Under the pieces are notes generated by a model that was not told where the DNA came from, did not search any database, and saw nothing but the letters and a program-made list of their open reading frames with translations. A stretch of DNA of 64,000 nt from an uncultured SAR86 cluster bacterium. GTDB taxonomy: Bacteria > Pseudomonadota > Gammaproteobacteria > Magnimaribacterales > D2472. This document shows positions 50,298-60,006 of this stretch, one piece after another (positions within the stretch are counted from its first letter, which is position 1; each line of letters begins with the position of its first letter). The DNA is taken from positions 14,696 to 78,695 of the forward strand of contig CABZRR010000001.1 in the NCBI GenBank assembly GCA_902528215.1, given 5' to 3'. The position numbers and the translations under genes were made by a program.

Positions 50298-51525
50298 ATG
50301 CCAACATATCTTTCGCATTTAGAGTGCTCTAAAACTGGAGAAATATATCCGGCAAATCAAATTTACAATCTTTCTAATGATGGAATGCCATTGTTAGCAA
50401 GGTATGATTTAAAAAAAATTAAAAATGAGCTCAATAAAGATAGCTGGTGCATAGAATCAGCTCCAGGTTTCTGGAGATATCAAGCATTACTTCCAGTCTC
50501 AAACGCTGATTCCAGAATTTCTTTAGGTGAAGTTATAACACCTTTAATTACTCTTAAAAGAACTTCTAATATGCTTGGGGGTGAAATAGGTAATATTATT
50601 ATTAAAGACGAAGGCAGGCTTCCAACAGGGTCTTTTAAAGCAAGAGGCTTAGCTCTTGCAGTTTCGATGGCACATCAATTTGAAATTCAACATCTAGCCA
50701 TCCCAACCAATGGAAATGCTGGTGCAGCTTTGGCGGCATATGCTAGACAAGCAAATATTAAAGCAACTGTCTTTTGTCCAGAAGATACACCTAAAATAAA
50801 TATTCAAGAAATACAGCTTCAAGGAGCAGATACATATCTGGTAAATGGACTGATTAATGATTGTGGAAAAATAGTTCTTGAGGGCAAAGAAAAAGTGGGC
50901 TGGTTTGACGTCTCTACCCTGAAAGAGCCATATAGAATTGAAGGCAAAAAAACAATGGGCTTTGAACTTGCGGAACAAATGCAATGGACTTTACCAGATG
51001 CAATCTTTTACCCAACTGGGGGGGGGCACCGGACTCATTGGAATGTGGAAAGCATTTTCTGAGTTAAAAGAATTAGGCTGGCTTAAAGGCAAACTTCCAA
51101 AAATGATTGCTGTTCAATCTTCTGGATGTGCGCCAATCGTTGATGCATTTGAAAAAGGCTTAAATCATGCAACTGCCTGGGATAATGCTAATACTGTTGC
51201 ATCAGGCATAAGGGTCCCTGTTGCAATTGGAGACTTTTTGATACTAGATGCTATTCGTCAATCAAATGGTTTTGCTTTTGCAGTTGAAGATGAGCACATC
51301 ATAGAAACTAGAGATATCATTTGCAAAGAAGATGGTTTATTGCTTTGTCCAGAGGGTGCTGCGACAGCCGCAGGATATCAAATAGCCTTAGAGAAAGGGA
51401 TTATAAATAAGGATGAAAAAGTTATACTCTTCAATTGTGCTTCTGGATTGAAATATCCAATGCCTGATACAAATAAAAATATTGATAAAGACTCTGATTT
51501 AGAATTCAGTAAATTTTCTATATAA
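50298..51525 (+). pseudogene. Threonine synthase-like PLP enzyme split by a +1 frameshift in a G9 run
   Basis: First frame: PTGSFKARG, PTNGNAG, KEPYRIEGKKTMG, YPTGGG. Second frame: GGGTGLIGMWKAF...PEGAA...FNCASGLKY. Junction at G9 51018-51026; may be a sequencing error. Confidence 0.8.
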
Positions 51526-51527
51526 GA

Positions 51528-52670
51528 TTAAGAAAAATTTAATACTTCTTTATGCGCATCATAATCATGGATCCTCTTGAGATCATTGCCTGGAATGTTG
51601 GTGTATTTCATAACAGAATTTCTTGCAAATACCAACATTGGATTTTTCATATGATAAATCTTTCCCTGCAACATGGACGCCTTTTGAATTTTTTTAGTGC
51701 GCTCACTTCTAATCAAATCATAGATATTTTGTGCATCACTAAAATTTCTATTCTTGTGTTTACAAAGCATTGCAAATGTATAAGCATCCTCTATCGCCAT
51801 GCAGGCACCTTGTCCTAAAAATGGAACCATTGGATGAGCAGCATCGCCCACTAAAGTAATATTTTTTAAAATCATTGATTGTAAAGGTGGCCTGATATAA
51901 ATACCCCATTTATACAGAGACACTCCATCTTTAAGCTGAGGAAAAATACTTGAGTCATAAGTTGAAAAATCGTCTAATAAATTATTAAGAGATCCTGGTT
52001 CCTTCCACGATTCTTTAAATTGAAAATCTTCCTTCCTTACAGCAACAAAACTAACATCACCATCATTATTTATTGGATAACTAACCACATGACCCCTAGG
52101 ACCTAGGGCAAAATGAATACTTTTCAGCGCTGATTTACCAATACCTCTCCATGCGCTATAACCACTATATTTTGGATTTTGATTTGCTGGAAAAAAAGTA
52201 TCACGTATCGATGATCTTATTCCATCACATGCAGCTAAATGCTTAAAGTTATATTTCTTTTTGTTTGAAAATGTTGCTTCACATTTTTTAACATCAAAAC
52301 TTACAAGAGCATGATCATAACAAATATCACCACCTAAATTTAGAAATCTAGAATGCAGAAGAGACATTAATGTTTGACGACGTGTTGTCAAAACTTCAGG
52401 TGTTCTGAATGCGCATATTTTCTTTTGCGGCCCTTGAATTGATGCTTCAGAATGTACAAATGATTTTGTTTTAAGATCACTATAAATATCCAACCTATCT
52501 AATAGACGCAATGCATTTGAAGAAAGGCTGATTGCCGCTCCATGAGAGGTTTCTTCTGACATTTTTTCAAAAATTACTACTGGGATGCCCTCCTTTAATA
52601 GAGTACAGCCAAGAGTAAGGCCTGCTATTCCTCCTCCAATAATTGCAATATATTCCAAGTAATTTTGCAT
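51528..52670 (-). CDS. FAD-dependent monooxygenase (salicylate hydroxylase-like)
   Basis: IIGGGIAGL, DGIRS, AWRG, GDAAHPM.PFLGQGACMAIEDA. Confidence 0.9.
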   Translation of the reverse strand: MQNYLEYIAIIGGGIAGLTLGCTLLKEGIPVVIFEKMSEETSHGAAISLSSNALRLLDRLDIYSDLKTKSFVHSEASIQGPQKKICAFRTPEVLTTRRQTLMSLLHSRFLNLGGDICYDHALVSFDVKKCEATFSNKKKYNFKHLAACDGIRSSIRDTFFPANQNPKYSGYSAWRGIGKSALKSIHFALGPRGHVVSYPINNDGDVSFVAVRKEDFQFKESWKEPGSLNNLLDDFSTYDSSIFPQLKDGVSLYKWGIYIRPPLQSMILKNITLVGDAAHPMVPFLGQGACMAIEDAYTFAMLCKHKNRNFSDAQNIYDLIRSERTKKIQKASMLQGKIYHMKNPMLVFARNSVMKYTNIPGNDLKRIHDYDAHKEVLNFS

Positions 52671-52698
52671 AAAAATTCTTAATCAATCCTAACGGATA

Positions 52699-52727
52699 AA
52701 AAGAAGGGAGCTATACTCCCCTCTTTT
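52699..52727 (-). terminator. Intrinsic terminator after the MAPEG gene
   Basis: Minus strand AAAAGAGGGGAG-UAUAG-CUCCCUUCUUUUU. Confidence 0.75.
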
Positions 52728-52749
52728 GTAATATTCTCGACGATTTCTA

Positions 52750-53118
52750 CTAAACCAACGCAAGCGCCATCATGATCAAAGTAATTAAAGATCCAACCCA
52801 CGAAAGAGTTCTTAATAAAGCTATACCTGCAATGTATGTAATAAGATGAGCAACTCTTAATATTAACCACCAAAAAGCTAAACCAGTCAAATCAACAGAT
52901 AAGTGCATAGAGAGTAATGCCAGCGCTAAAAAAGCAGGAAGACTTTCTTGTAGATTCGTAGCAGCCCTTATGGCTCTTCCTGCCATCAAAGAAGTCTCAG
53001 GCATCGGTTCATCCCTGTTGGTTGTGTACCATGAAAAATTTTTCATATTAAAAGCAGCAGGAACTATCCAAATTTGAATAATTGTAAGCAGTAATGCATA
53101 AACAATATATGTAGCCAT
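52750..53118 (-). CDS. MAPEG family membrane protein
   Basis: NRD, GRA.RA..NLQE.LP.F, RVAH...Y..GI...RT..W; GGAG RBS. Confidence 0.85.
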   Translation of the reverse strand: MATYIVYALLLTIIQIWIVPAAFNMKNFSWYTTNRDEPMPETSLMAGRAIRAATNLQESLPAFLALALLSMHLSVDLTGLAFWWLILRVAHLITYIAGIALLRTLSWVGSLITLIMMALALV

Positions 53119-53149
53119 AAATTTTCTCCAAAATTAATAAAATTAGATT

Positions 53150-53938
53150 TTAAACAATAGAAATGATTCCTTCAAAAAAAATAACACTTCTGCCTGATAT
53201 AAAAACTCTACTATTAATCAATTCGCAATTAAGTTTCCCTCCCCTTTTAGAGAGCTGATTTGCCTCGAGCTTATCTTTATTAAGTTCCTTAGCCCAATAT
53301 GGAGTTAGCATGGTATGAGCTGATCCGGTCACCGGATCTTCTTCAATTCCTGCTTCTGGGTAAAAGCATCGTGAAACAAAATCCATTTGCTCCCCAGGAG
53401 CAGAAATAACAAGTCCCCTAGAATCCAGTTTTGAAAGCAGAAAGAAATTTGGCTGGATTTGCTCAATCTGTTTTTGATTTTTAAAAATTGCAAGATAGTC
53501 GTCTTTTCCTTTAAGAAGTTTCAACGGCTGAATACCTAATATTTCTCTGAATATTGGATCAGAGTTTACTTCAACGGGTTGATCTTCTGGAAAATTTAAA
53601 CATAAATTATCTTTATTTTTAGTGACTTTCAAAATGCCGCTTTTAGAATCAAAAATAATTTCTTCGCCTGCAAGCTCAGGATGATATTCAAAAAGTATCC
53701 TTGCACTTGCTAAAGTTGCATGACCGCAAAGATCTACCTCAGTTGAGGGAGTGAACCATCTGATATAAATAGGACTTTGATAGATACTTACAAAGGCTGT
53801 TTCTGAAAGATTGTTTTCAAATGCTATGGATTGCATAACGCTATCTTTCAAGGAAGAATCTAAAATTACAACTGCAGCGGGATTACCAGTAAATAGTTTT
53901 TCTGAGAAAGCATCAACTTGATACATTCTTAATTTCAT
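53150..53938 (-). CDS. PhzF family isomerase
   Basis: QVDAF....F.GNPAAV, NLSETAF, RWFTP..EVDLCGHATLA, EDPVTGSAH. Confidence 0.93.
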   Translation of the reverse strand: MKLRMYQVDAFSEKLFTGNPAAVVILDSSLKDSVMQSIAFENNLSETAFVSIYQSPIYIRWFTPSTEVDLCGHATLASARILFEYHPELAGEEIIFDSKSGILKVTKNKDNLCLNFPEDQPVEVNSDPIFREILGIQPLKLLKGKDDYLAIFKNQKQIEQIQPNFFLLSKLDSRGLVISAPGEQMDFVSRCFYPEAGIEEDPVTGSAHTMLTPYWAKELNKDKLEANQLSKRGGKLNCELINSRVFISGRSVIFFEGIISIV

Positions 53939-53971
53939 AAAGATATTTTACCTATAGGAAAGCTCAAGACA

Positions 53972-54196
53972 TTAAAATCTTCCTCTTTTAAACCTCATTC
54001 GAATAGAATAAACCCTAACCAAAGCAACCAAGGTAAGAACTGTTTGAGTAAAAATTGAAATTAAAAGAGTATTTGTCCAACTCCAATTATCTATAGTTAA
54101 CCAAAGTAAGAAAGTTTGAAGAGGAAAATTAATAACCAGCCCCATCATCACAACAATAATACTTTCTCTAAAAGCAGTTTTCTCAGTTTTATTCAT
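53972..54196 (-). CDS. Small two-TM membrane protein, unknown function
   Basis: 74 aa with two hydrophobic segments, RBS-like GAG, fits co-directional gene run. Confidence 0.7.
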   Translation of the reverse strand: MNKTEKTAFRESIIVVMMGLVINFPLQTFLLWLTIDNWSWTNTLLISIFTQTVLTLVALVRVYSIRMRFKRGRF

Positions 54197-54216
54197 AATC
54201 TACTCTCTAACAAAAT

Positions 54217-54843
54217 TTATAAAAAATCGTATCCTATCTCTTTCATAATTGATTGAGACAGAAAGGAATTTATGTAATTAATTTCCGAACTTGTGAGCTC
54301 AGGAATAGTAAGTGACTGATCAATATCTTTATTGATTTCAATTCCTCTTCCATTTACATAATTACTAAAGGCAATAAATTCTGCTGATTCGATACCTATA
54401 ATTTCCGCAATCATTGCATGTATTTTGCTCTGATCTAATCTGAAATCTTCTATGCGGATATTTAAACTATATTTTACCTCTTTAGACATTCTTAAATAAC
54501 TATCATTTTTTTGATTCCATAAACAAATGGAGTTTTCATAGTCTTCAATAGAAAATTTAATAAATTCCTCAAAAGATCTATCATTAATTTTTAAGAAGTG
54601 ATGATAATAAGGTTCCTCATACATTGAGTTAAGCCATGTATATGGATTTCGAAAAAGAAAAATAAATAAAACATTATTAGTATCATGTTTACTCCATTCA
54701 ACTTCTTTAGGAGCAAGCCTATGCTTCCAGCCCAAAAATTCGTAATACTTAAATTTTAGCTCAAAATTTTCTCTTATAAAAAGGTTTATAGCGTTGGTGC
54801 CAGTATGCCGCTCTCCGAATATTTTTACCGAATCAATTTTCAA
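54217..54843 (-). CDS. Sulfotransferase-like protein
   Basis: GERHTGTN (5'-PSB-like), GWKH, FRNPYTWLNSM (3'-PB-like). Confidence 0.55.
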   Translation of the reverse strand: MKIDSVKIFGERHTGTNAINLFIRENFELKFKYYEFLGWKHRLAPKEVEWSKHDTNNVLFIFLFRNPYTWLNSMYEEPYYHHFLKINDRSFEEFIKFSIEDYENSICLWNQKNDSYLRMSKEVKYSLNIRIEDFRLDQSKIHAMIAEIIGIESAEFIAFSNYVNGRGIEINKDIDQSLTIPELTSSEINYINSFLSQSIMKEIGYDFL

Positions 54844-55150
54844 ATTTTACTGCCGTTCCATAAGCTATTACCTCTGAGGCAGCTGATGCTATGGTAGAAG
54901 TTTCGTACCTAAAATTAATAACTGCATCTGCACCCATCTCTTCAGCACTTTTAATCATTCTTTCCATAGCTTCCTTTCTTGCTTGCGTTAAAAGTATTGA
55001 ATAACTTTTAAGCTCACCACCAACAATATTTTTTAAAGTTGCTAATATATCTGTGCCTAAGTGTCTGGCTCTCACAGTGCTGCCCATAACAATCCCAACA
55101 TAAGCTTGAATTTGTTTACCCTCTATAGATGGTGTGCTAGTAACTATCAT
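54833..55150 (-). CDS. YbjQ/UPF0145 family protein
   Basis: Start ATG 55150 with GGAG RBS; G.V.G, LKNIVGGELKSY, AR..A..RM, GADAV, EV.AYGTAV. Confidence 0.9.
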   Translation of the reverse strand: MIVTSTPSIEGKQIQAYVGIVMGSTVRARHLGTDILATLKNIVGGELKSYSILLTQARKEAMERMIKSAEEMGADAVINFRYETSTIASAASEVIAYGTAVKFEN

Positions 55151-55188
55151 GATTTGCTCCAAAAATTTGATATGATTAAATAAAGTAT

Positions 55189-55533
55189 ATGGATAATATA
55201 AAACAAGAGTTAGTTGAAACAAAATTTGCAATTGGAGCAATTGTAAAACATAGGTTTTTAGATTTTCGCGGAGTCATATTTGATGTAGATCCAGAATTTA
55301 ACAATACTGAGGAATGGTATCAATCTATTCCTATATCAATCCGTCCCAAAAAAGATCAACCTTTTTATCATCTATTTGCTGAGAATGGTCACATCTTTTA
55401 TATTGCCTATGTGTCTGAGCAAAACTTACTTGACGATGTTACAGACGAATTGCCAAAACATCCTGAAATTAAAAACTTATTTTCTCACTTTGAAGATGGA
55501 AAATTTGTACCTTTAACCAGAGCGGTTAACTAA
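55189..55533 (+). CDS. hspQ: Heat-shock protein HspQ
   Basis: KF.IG..V.HR...FRGVIFDVDPEF, QPFYHL, AYVSEQNL. Confidence 0.9.
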   Translation: MDNIKQELVETKFAIGAIVKHRFLDFRGVIFDVDPEFNNTEEWYQSIPISIRPKKDQPFYHLFAENGHIFYIAYVSEQNLLDDVTDELPKHPEIKNLFSHFEDGKFVPLTRAVN

Positions 55534-55534
55534 G

Positions 55535-56737
55535 TTATTCCTGATGAGCAATCTGCAAGGCGGTGGTGAAAACCTCCATTGCTTCTTTTAAATCCTCTAG
55601 ATTCAAAAAGGTTGGCGCCAGTCTAATATTTGAATCTGCTGGGTCATTAAAGTGAGGATATGTAGACCCTGCAGGCGTTATTAAAACTCCAGCCTCTTCG
55701 CATAAAGCTATGACTCTTTTGGCAATGGGTTTATTTGTATTGTAGGAAATAAAATATCCACCCGAAGGTTTTTTGTAATTGCCTATTTTTGGATTAAGGG
55801 AATCTAATGCATTGAAGGCAACTTCAAATTTTGGTTTAACTAATTCCGCATGTTTTCTCATGTGACTCATAACATCATCCTTATTTTTAAAGAATTCTGT
55901 GTGACGCAGTTGATTCACCTTATCAGCTGAGACAATCATAGAAGTTCTCTGCCTTACCAAGAGATTAAAAAGCTTGGTTCCTGCAGCAGCAAAAGACAAA
56001 CCGCCACTTCCAAATGTTACCTTGGAGAATGAACAAAATATTGCCGTTTGATCAAGTACATTATGTTTAATAGCCAGATCCCAAACAGCAGTTTGATTTG
56101 CTGACGGCAGAAAATCATGAAGAAGGTAAGCATTATCAAAAATAAATAAAAATTCACTGGAGTATTCCTTTCCAATTTGTAAAAGCTCAGAAATATTTTC
56201 ATCTGTATAGATATCACCTGATGGATTTGAATGCCTTGGCACACAAATTATTCCTTTGACGTTTTTGTTTTCTTCAAGCAGCCCTTTGAATTTTTCAATA
56301 TCAACTCCAGATCCTGTCAGAGGAACAGTCAACATTTTGATGCCAAAATCGTCTATCAATCTGAAATGCCTATCAAAACCAGGAACAGGACAGATAAATG
56401 CCACATCTTTTTGATCCTTCCATGGCGTTACTAAGCCAAAAAGGTAATTAGCAAGTATGAGTTGGTAAATGAGCAGTAGACTTGATTGTTCTCCAACTAA
56501 GGTATTTTCTGTGGTAGCTGACATCAACTCTGCACCAAGCTCTCTAGCCTCGTCTATACCTAGTGGATGGCCGTAATTACGAACATCTACTCCACTGAGA
56601 CTTTCAGATGGAACACTTTTGGTTAAAAGCTGATTTGAAAGGTCTAACTGATCAGCTCCTGGTTTTCCTCGAGTTAAATCAATCTTGAGATTCTTGGCTT
56701 TTAAGGAAGTAAATTTAGATTCTAGAGATTCATCCAT
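55535..56737 (-). CDS. PLP-dependent aminotransferase (Asp_aminotransf, actinobacterial AspT-like)
   Basis: DLTRGKP...QLDLS, D.RNYG...G, CPVPGFDRHF, VP.HSNPSG, DNAY..H, SFSKVTF, GGYFI, LAPT. Confidence 0.85.
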   Translation of the reverse strand: MDESLESKFTSLKAKNLKIDLTRGKPGADQLDLSNQLLTKSVPSESLSGVDVRNYGHPLGIDEARELGAELMSATTENTLVGEQSSLLLIYQLILANYLFGLVTPWKDQKDVAFICPVPGFDRHFRLIDDFGIKMLTVPLTGSGVDIEKFKGLLEENKNVKGIICVPRHSNPSGDIYTDENISELLQIGKEYSSEFLFIFDNAYLLHDFLPSANQTAVWDLAIKHNVLDQTAIFCSFSKVTFGSGGLSFAAAGTKLFNLLVRQRTSMIVSADKVNQLRHTEFFKNKDDVMSHMRKHAELVKPKFEVAFNALDSLNPKIGNYKKPSGGYFISYNTNKPIAKRVIALCEEAGVLITPAGSTYPHFNDPADSNIRLAPTFLNLEDLKEAMEVFTTALQIAHQE

Positions 56738-56786
56738 AGTATCATTGAGTATATCGAAAAATATATTTTATAGGATAAATTTATAA

Positions 56787-57677
56787 GTGGCATATATATG
56801 GATTCTTTTAATCATAATAATCCTGCTTTTAGGACTATTAATATATCTTCATGTTAAAGATCGTTCGCAAAGTTCAGATTCAAAAGAGTCCTTGAGAGAT
56901 TTGGATAAAGCAGTTGAGAGACAAGAAACTAAACTATCTGATCTATCTCTTGAAATTCAATCTTTTCAAGATCCACTAGGCAAGCTTAATAGGTATTTGT
57001 CTGGAGGAGCATTAGCCGGGACATTTGGAGAATGGGCCTTAGATGCCATAATTAAAGATATTTTTCATCCCAATCAATTCATTGAAAATGCTGAGGTTAT
57101 AAGTGGATCCGGTAAAAGAGTTGAATTTGCAATTAAATTACCTGAGGGTCTTCTTTTACCAATCGATGCAAAATTCCCTTCTGGTCTTTATGATAATTAT
57201 TTGTCTGCTGTGGACAGCAGCAACTCTCAATTAACAAAAACAGCAATAGATGCAATTCGAAGACATGTAATCAATGATGCAAATGATATCAATAGTAAAT
57301 ATATTCAATCAGGAGTTACCATTGAATTGGGGATTATGTTTATTCCTAGCGAATCATTAATGCAACTCATAGACTCAATAAGTGACATTAGGGAGCAAAT
57401 ATTTAGAGATAATAGAGTATTGATTATGGGCCCAAATTCTCTTGCAGCATATCTAATTAGTGTTCATATGGGCTTTAGAACTCTTGCAATAAATGAAAAG
57501 GCCAGTGAGATTATGAAAGAATTTGGGAAACTGAAAAAAGAATTTGAAAATTTTAGTAGTTCCACTGCAGAGCTTCAAAAGAAGGCAGATGCAATGCTAA
57601 AAGTTATTAACGAACATTCTTCGCGTGAGAGACAAATGAATAAAGCGATTAAAAATATGGAAAATGTAGATAGCTAA
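56787..57677 (+). CDS. rmuC: DNA recombination protein RmuC family
   Basis: N-terminal TM helix, G.FGE..L, VEFAIKLP, PIDAKFP, KYI, MFIPSE. Confidence 0.85.
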   Translation: MAYIWILLIIIILLLGLLIYLHVKDRSQSSDSKESLRDLDKAVERQETKLSDLSLEIQSFQDPLGKLNRYLSGGALAGTFGEWALDAIIKDIFHPNQFIENAEVISGSGKRVEFAIKLPEGLLLPIDAKFPSGLYDNYLSAVDSSNSQLTKTAIDAIRRHVINDANDINSKYIQSGVTIELGIMFIPSESLMQLIDSISDIREQIFRDNRVLIMGPNSLAAYLISVHMGFRTLAINEKASEIMKEFGKLKKEFENFSSSTAELQKKADAMLKVINEHSSRERQMNKAIKNMENVDS

Positions 57678-57684
57678 AATAAAT

Positions 57685-58338
57685 CTAACGAACTATGATC
57701 TTGTTTTCTTGAAACTCTATTATTCTATCTGAAAAGTATTCAGCCTCTTCCTCATCATGAGTCACTAGAATTACTGACAAACCTTTTTCTTTGAAAATTT
57801 TCTTTGTCTCAACATGCAACTCGCGTTTAAGTTTTTTATCAAGCGCAGCAAACGGCTCATCAAGCAAAAGAATATCTGGATTGGTAATTAGTGCTCTTGC
57901 AAAAGCGACACGTTGTTGCTGACCAGCTGAAATTTCATGAGGGAATTTTTCTTCTAAATCTAGAACTTTAAACAATTCGAGATACTCACGAGCTAATGAT
58001 TCTCTATCTTCAATATTATTTATTCCAAACATTACATTTTTTTTGACACTTAAATGGGGGAAAAGGGCTCTATCTTCAACTACGAGTCCTAAATTTCTAT
58101 TTTCGGGAGGAAGTATGAAATTTTTACTTGAAACCAGCTTTTCATTTATTCTTACTTCACCTTCAGACGGTTCCTCCAATCCTGCAATAATTCTTAATAA
58201 AGTTGTTTTGCCTATGCCTGAAGAACCAATAATTGATGAGATTTCACCATCTTTTAATGAGAAACTAAAATCTGTAATTGTAAAAATTTCATCATCATAA
58301 GAGTGAGATAAATCACTTATTTCGAGTATTGTTCTCAT
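57685..58338 (-). CDS. fbpC: Fe3+ ABC transporter ATPase
   Basis: GSSGIGKTT, ALFPHL.V, ISAGQQQRVA, LLLDEPF; overlaps permease. Confidence 0.8.
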   Translation of the reverse strand: MRTILEISDLSHSYDDEIFTITDFSFSLKDGEISSIIGSSGIGKTTLLRIIAGLEEPSEGEVRINEKLVSSKNFILPPENRNLGLVVEDRALFPHLSVKKNVMFGINNIEDRESLAREYLELFKVLDLEEKFPHEISAGQQQRVAFARALITNPDILLLDEPFAALDKKLKRELHVETKKIFKEKGLSVILVTHDEEEAEYFSDRIIEFQENKIIVR

Positions 58339-59960
58339 TTCTTATCTTCCAGTCTAGATGCCCTAATCATCTTTGTTAAAAAGAAAATAGGTATTAATCC
58401 TATTAATATTATAGCTGTTGCTGGAGCAGCCGCCTCAATCATTCTTTCCTCGGAGGCGTAAATATATGTTGAAACTGCTAAAGTTTCAAAATTAAAAGGC
58501 CTCAAAATTAATGTTGCTGGTAATTCCTTTACAACTTCAGATGTTACTAAAAGAATGCTAGTAAAAAAACTAGTCTTTAAAAGAGGAAAGTGAACTCTAT
58601 AAAGTAGATTCAAGCCCTTTGATTTTAAAATACGAGCAGTATCATCAACTGTTTGGCTTATTTTTTGATAACCAGCTTCATAGGTAGAGTTTGCTAAAGC
58701 ATAAGACCTGATGATGTAAGCAAAGATCAAACCAAATATACTCCCGGTAAGAAAATATCCCTCAAAGGAATTCAATATATTGTTGTCTAAAAATACAAAT
58801 AATTGAACAATTCCTACCGCGAGAATTAGTCCCGGTACTGCATATCCAATATTTAAAAAGGGATTAGTTACTTTAACGATTGAGCTATTTTGATATCTTA
58901 TTGAAAAATTAATTAGCATTGCGATGAAGGTGCAAAGTATTGCAGAAAATACCGATAACGAAATTGTGTTAAAGGATATTCTAAAAAAATGTTTTTCAAA
59001 AAAACCTGAATTAAATCTTAATGACCAATTCAAAATTTCAAGTATTGGCAAAACAAATCCAATAAATATTGGTATAAAACATATAAGAAAACATAAGAAA
59101 GATTGTTGAGATGATAGTTTTTTTATTGGCATAGGCTTGAAATTTGATGAAATCGTTGAAAAACTGGCGTTTCTTCTAGATGTTCTTTCTATGACTAAAC
59201 AAAAAGTTACAAAAATTAAGAGCACTGATGCTAATTGCATAGCAGTAGTCAAATCATACATTCCATACCAAGTCCTAAAAATACCTGTTGTAAATGTTGA
59301 AACAGCAAAGTGGTCCACTGCACCAAAGTCAGATAAGGTTTCCATAGCAACTATCATGGTGCCCGCAATTAAAGCAGGTCTTACAATTGGAAGAGCTAAT
59401 TTCAAAAAAATTAATTTTTGAGATAAGCCTAATGTTCTTCCAACTTCAAACATAGATCTTGATTGATTCAGAAAAGCAGTACGACAAATCAAATAAACGT
59501 ATGGATAAAGCGTAAATGAAAAAACTAAAATTGCTCCATAAATATTTCTGATATTGGGAAAAAACGACTCGCTTTTTTGCAAATTAAAGATCGATCCTAC
59601 AATTTCATTCAATGTTCCATATGAATCGAATAAACCCGTAAATGTGTAAGCTAAAATATATGGTGGTATTGCTAACGGCAAGATAAGGCCCCATTCAAAA
59701 AAACGTCTGCCTATAAAGTGATAATTTGTGACAATCCAAGCTGTTACAGAACCAATGATTATCACAAGAAATGAAACCCCTGATACTAAAATAAGCGAAT
59801 TCACAATATAGTCAGTTAGAACATAATTATAAATATGCTCCCAGTTTTCGGAGTAGTCTCTAAAGAGACTAAATAGAATTATAAGTATTGGAGAAAAAAA
59901 TAGTAGAAGAATCAAAATTGGCAAAACATGCCAAATAGTTAAAATTTTAAAAAACTGCAC
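58335..59960 (-). CDS. fbpB: Fe3+ ABC transporter permease
   Basis: Two permease repeats; LPLAIP.YI.AY, YPYVYL, METLSDFG, KELPATLILRPFNF.TLA. Confidence 0.9.
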   Translation of the reverse strand: MQFFKILTIWHVLPILILLLFFSPILIILFSLFRDYSENWEHIYNYVLTDYIVNSLILVSGVSFLVIIIGSVTAWIVTNYHFIGRRFFEWGLILPLAIPPYILAYTFTGLFDSYGTLNEIVGSIFNLQKSESFFPNIRNIYGAILVFSFTLYPYVYLICRTAFLNQSRSMFEVGRTLGLSQKLIFLKLALPIVRPALIAGTMIVAMETLSDFGAVDHFAVSTFTTGIFRTWYGMYDLTTAMQLASVLLIFVTFCLVIERTSRRNASFSTISSNFKPMPIKKLSSQQSFLCFLICFIPIFIGFVLPILEILNWSLRFNSGFFEKHFFRISFNTISLSVFSAILCTFIAMLINFSIRYQNSSIVKVTNPFLNIGYAVPGLILAVGIVQLFVFLDNNILNSFEGYFLTGSIFGLIFAYIIRSYALANSTYEAGYQKISQTVDDTARILKSKGLNLLYRVHFPLLKTSFFTSILLVTSEVVKELPATLILRPFNFETLAVSTYIYASEERMIEAAAPATAIILIGLIPIFFLTKMIRASRLEDKK

Positions 59961-60006
59961 TTTGAATTACTGAGTTTAGATAAAAAGGCAGATTATCATA
60001 ATATGG

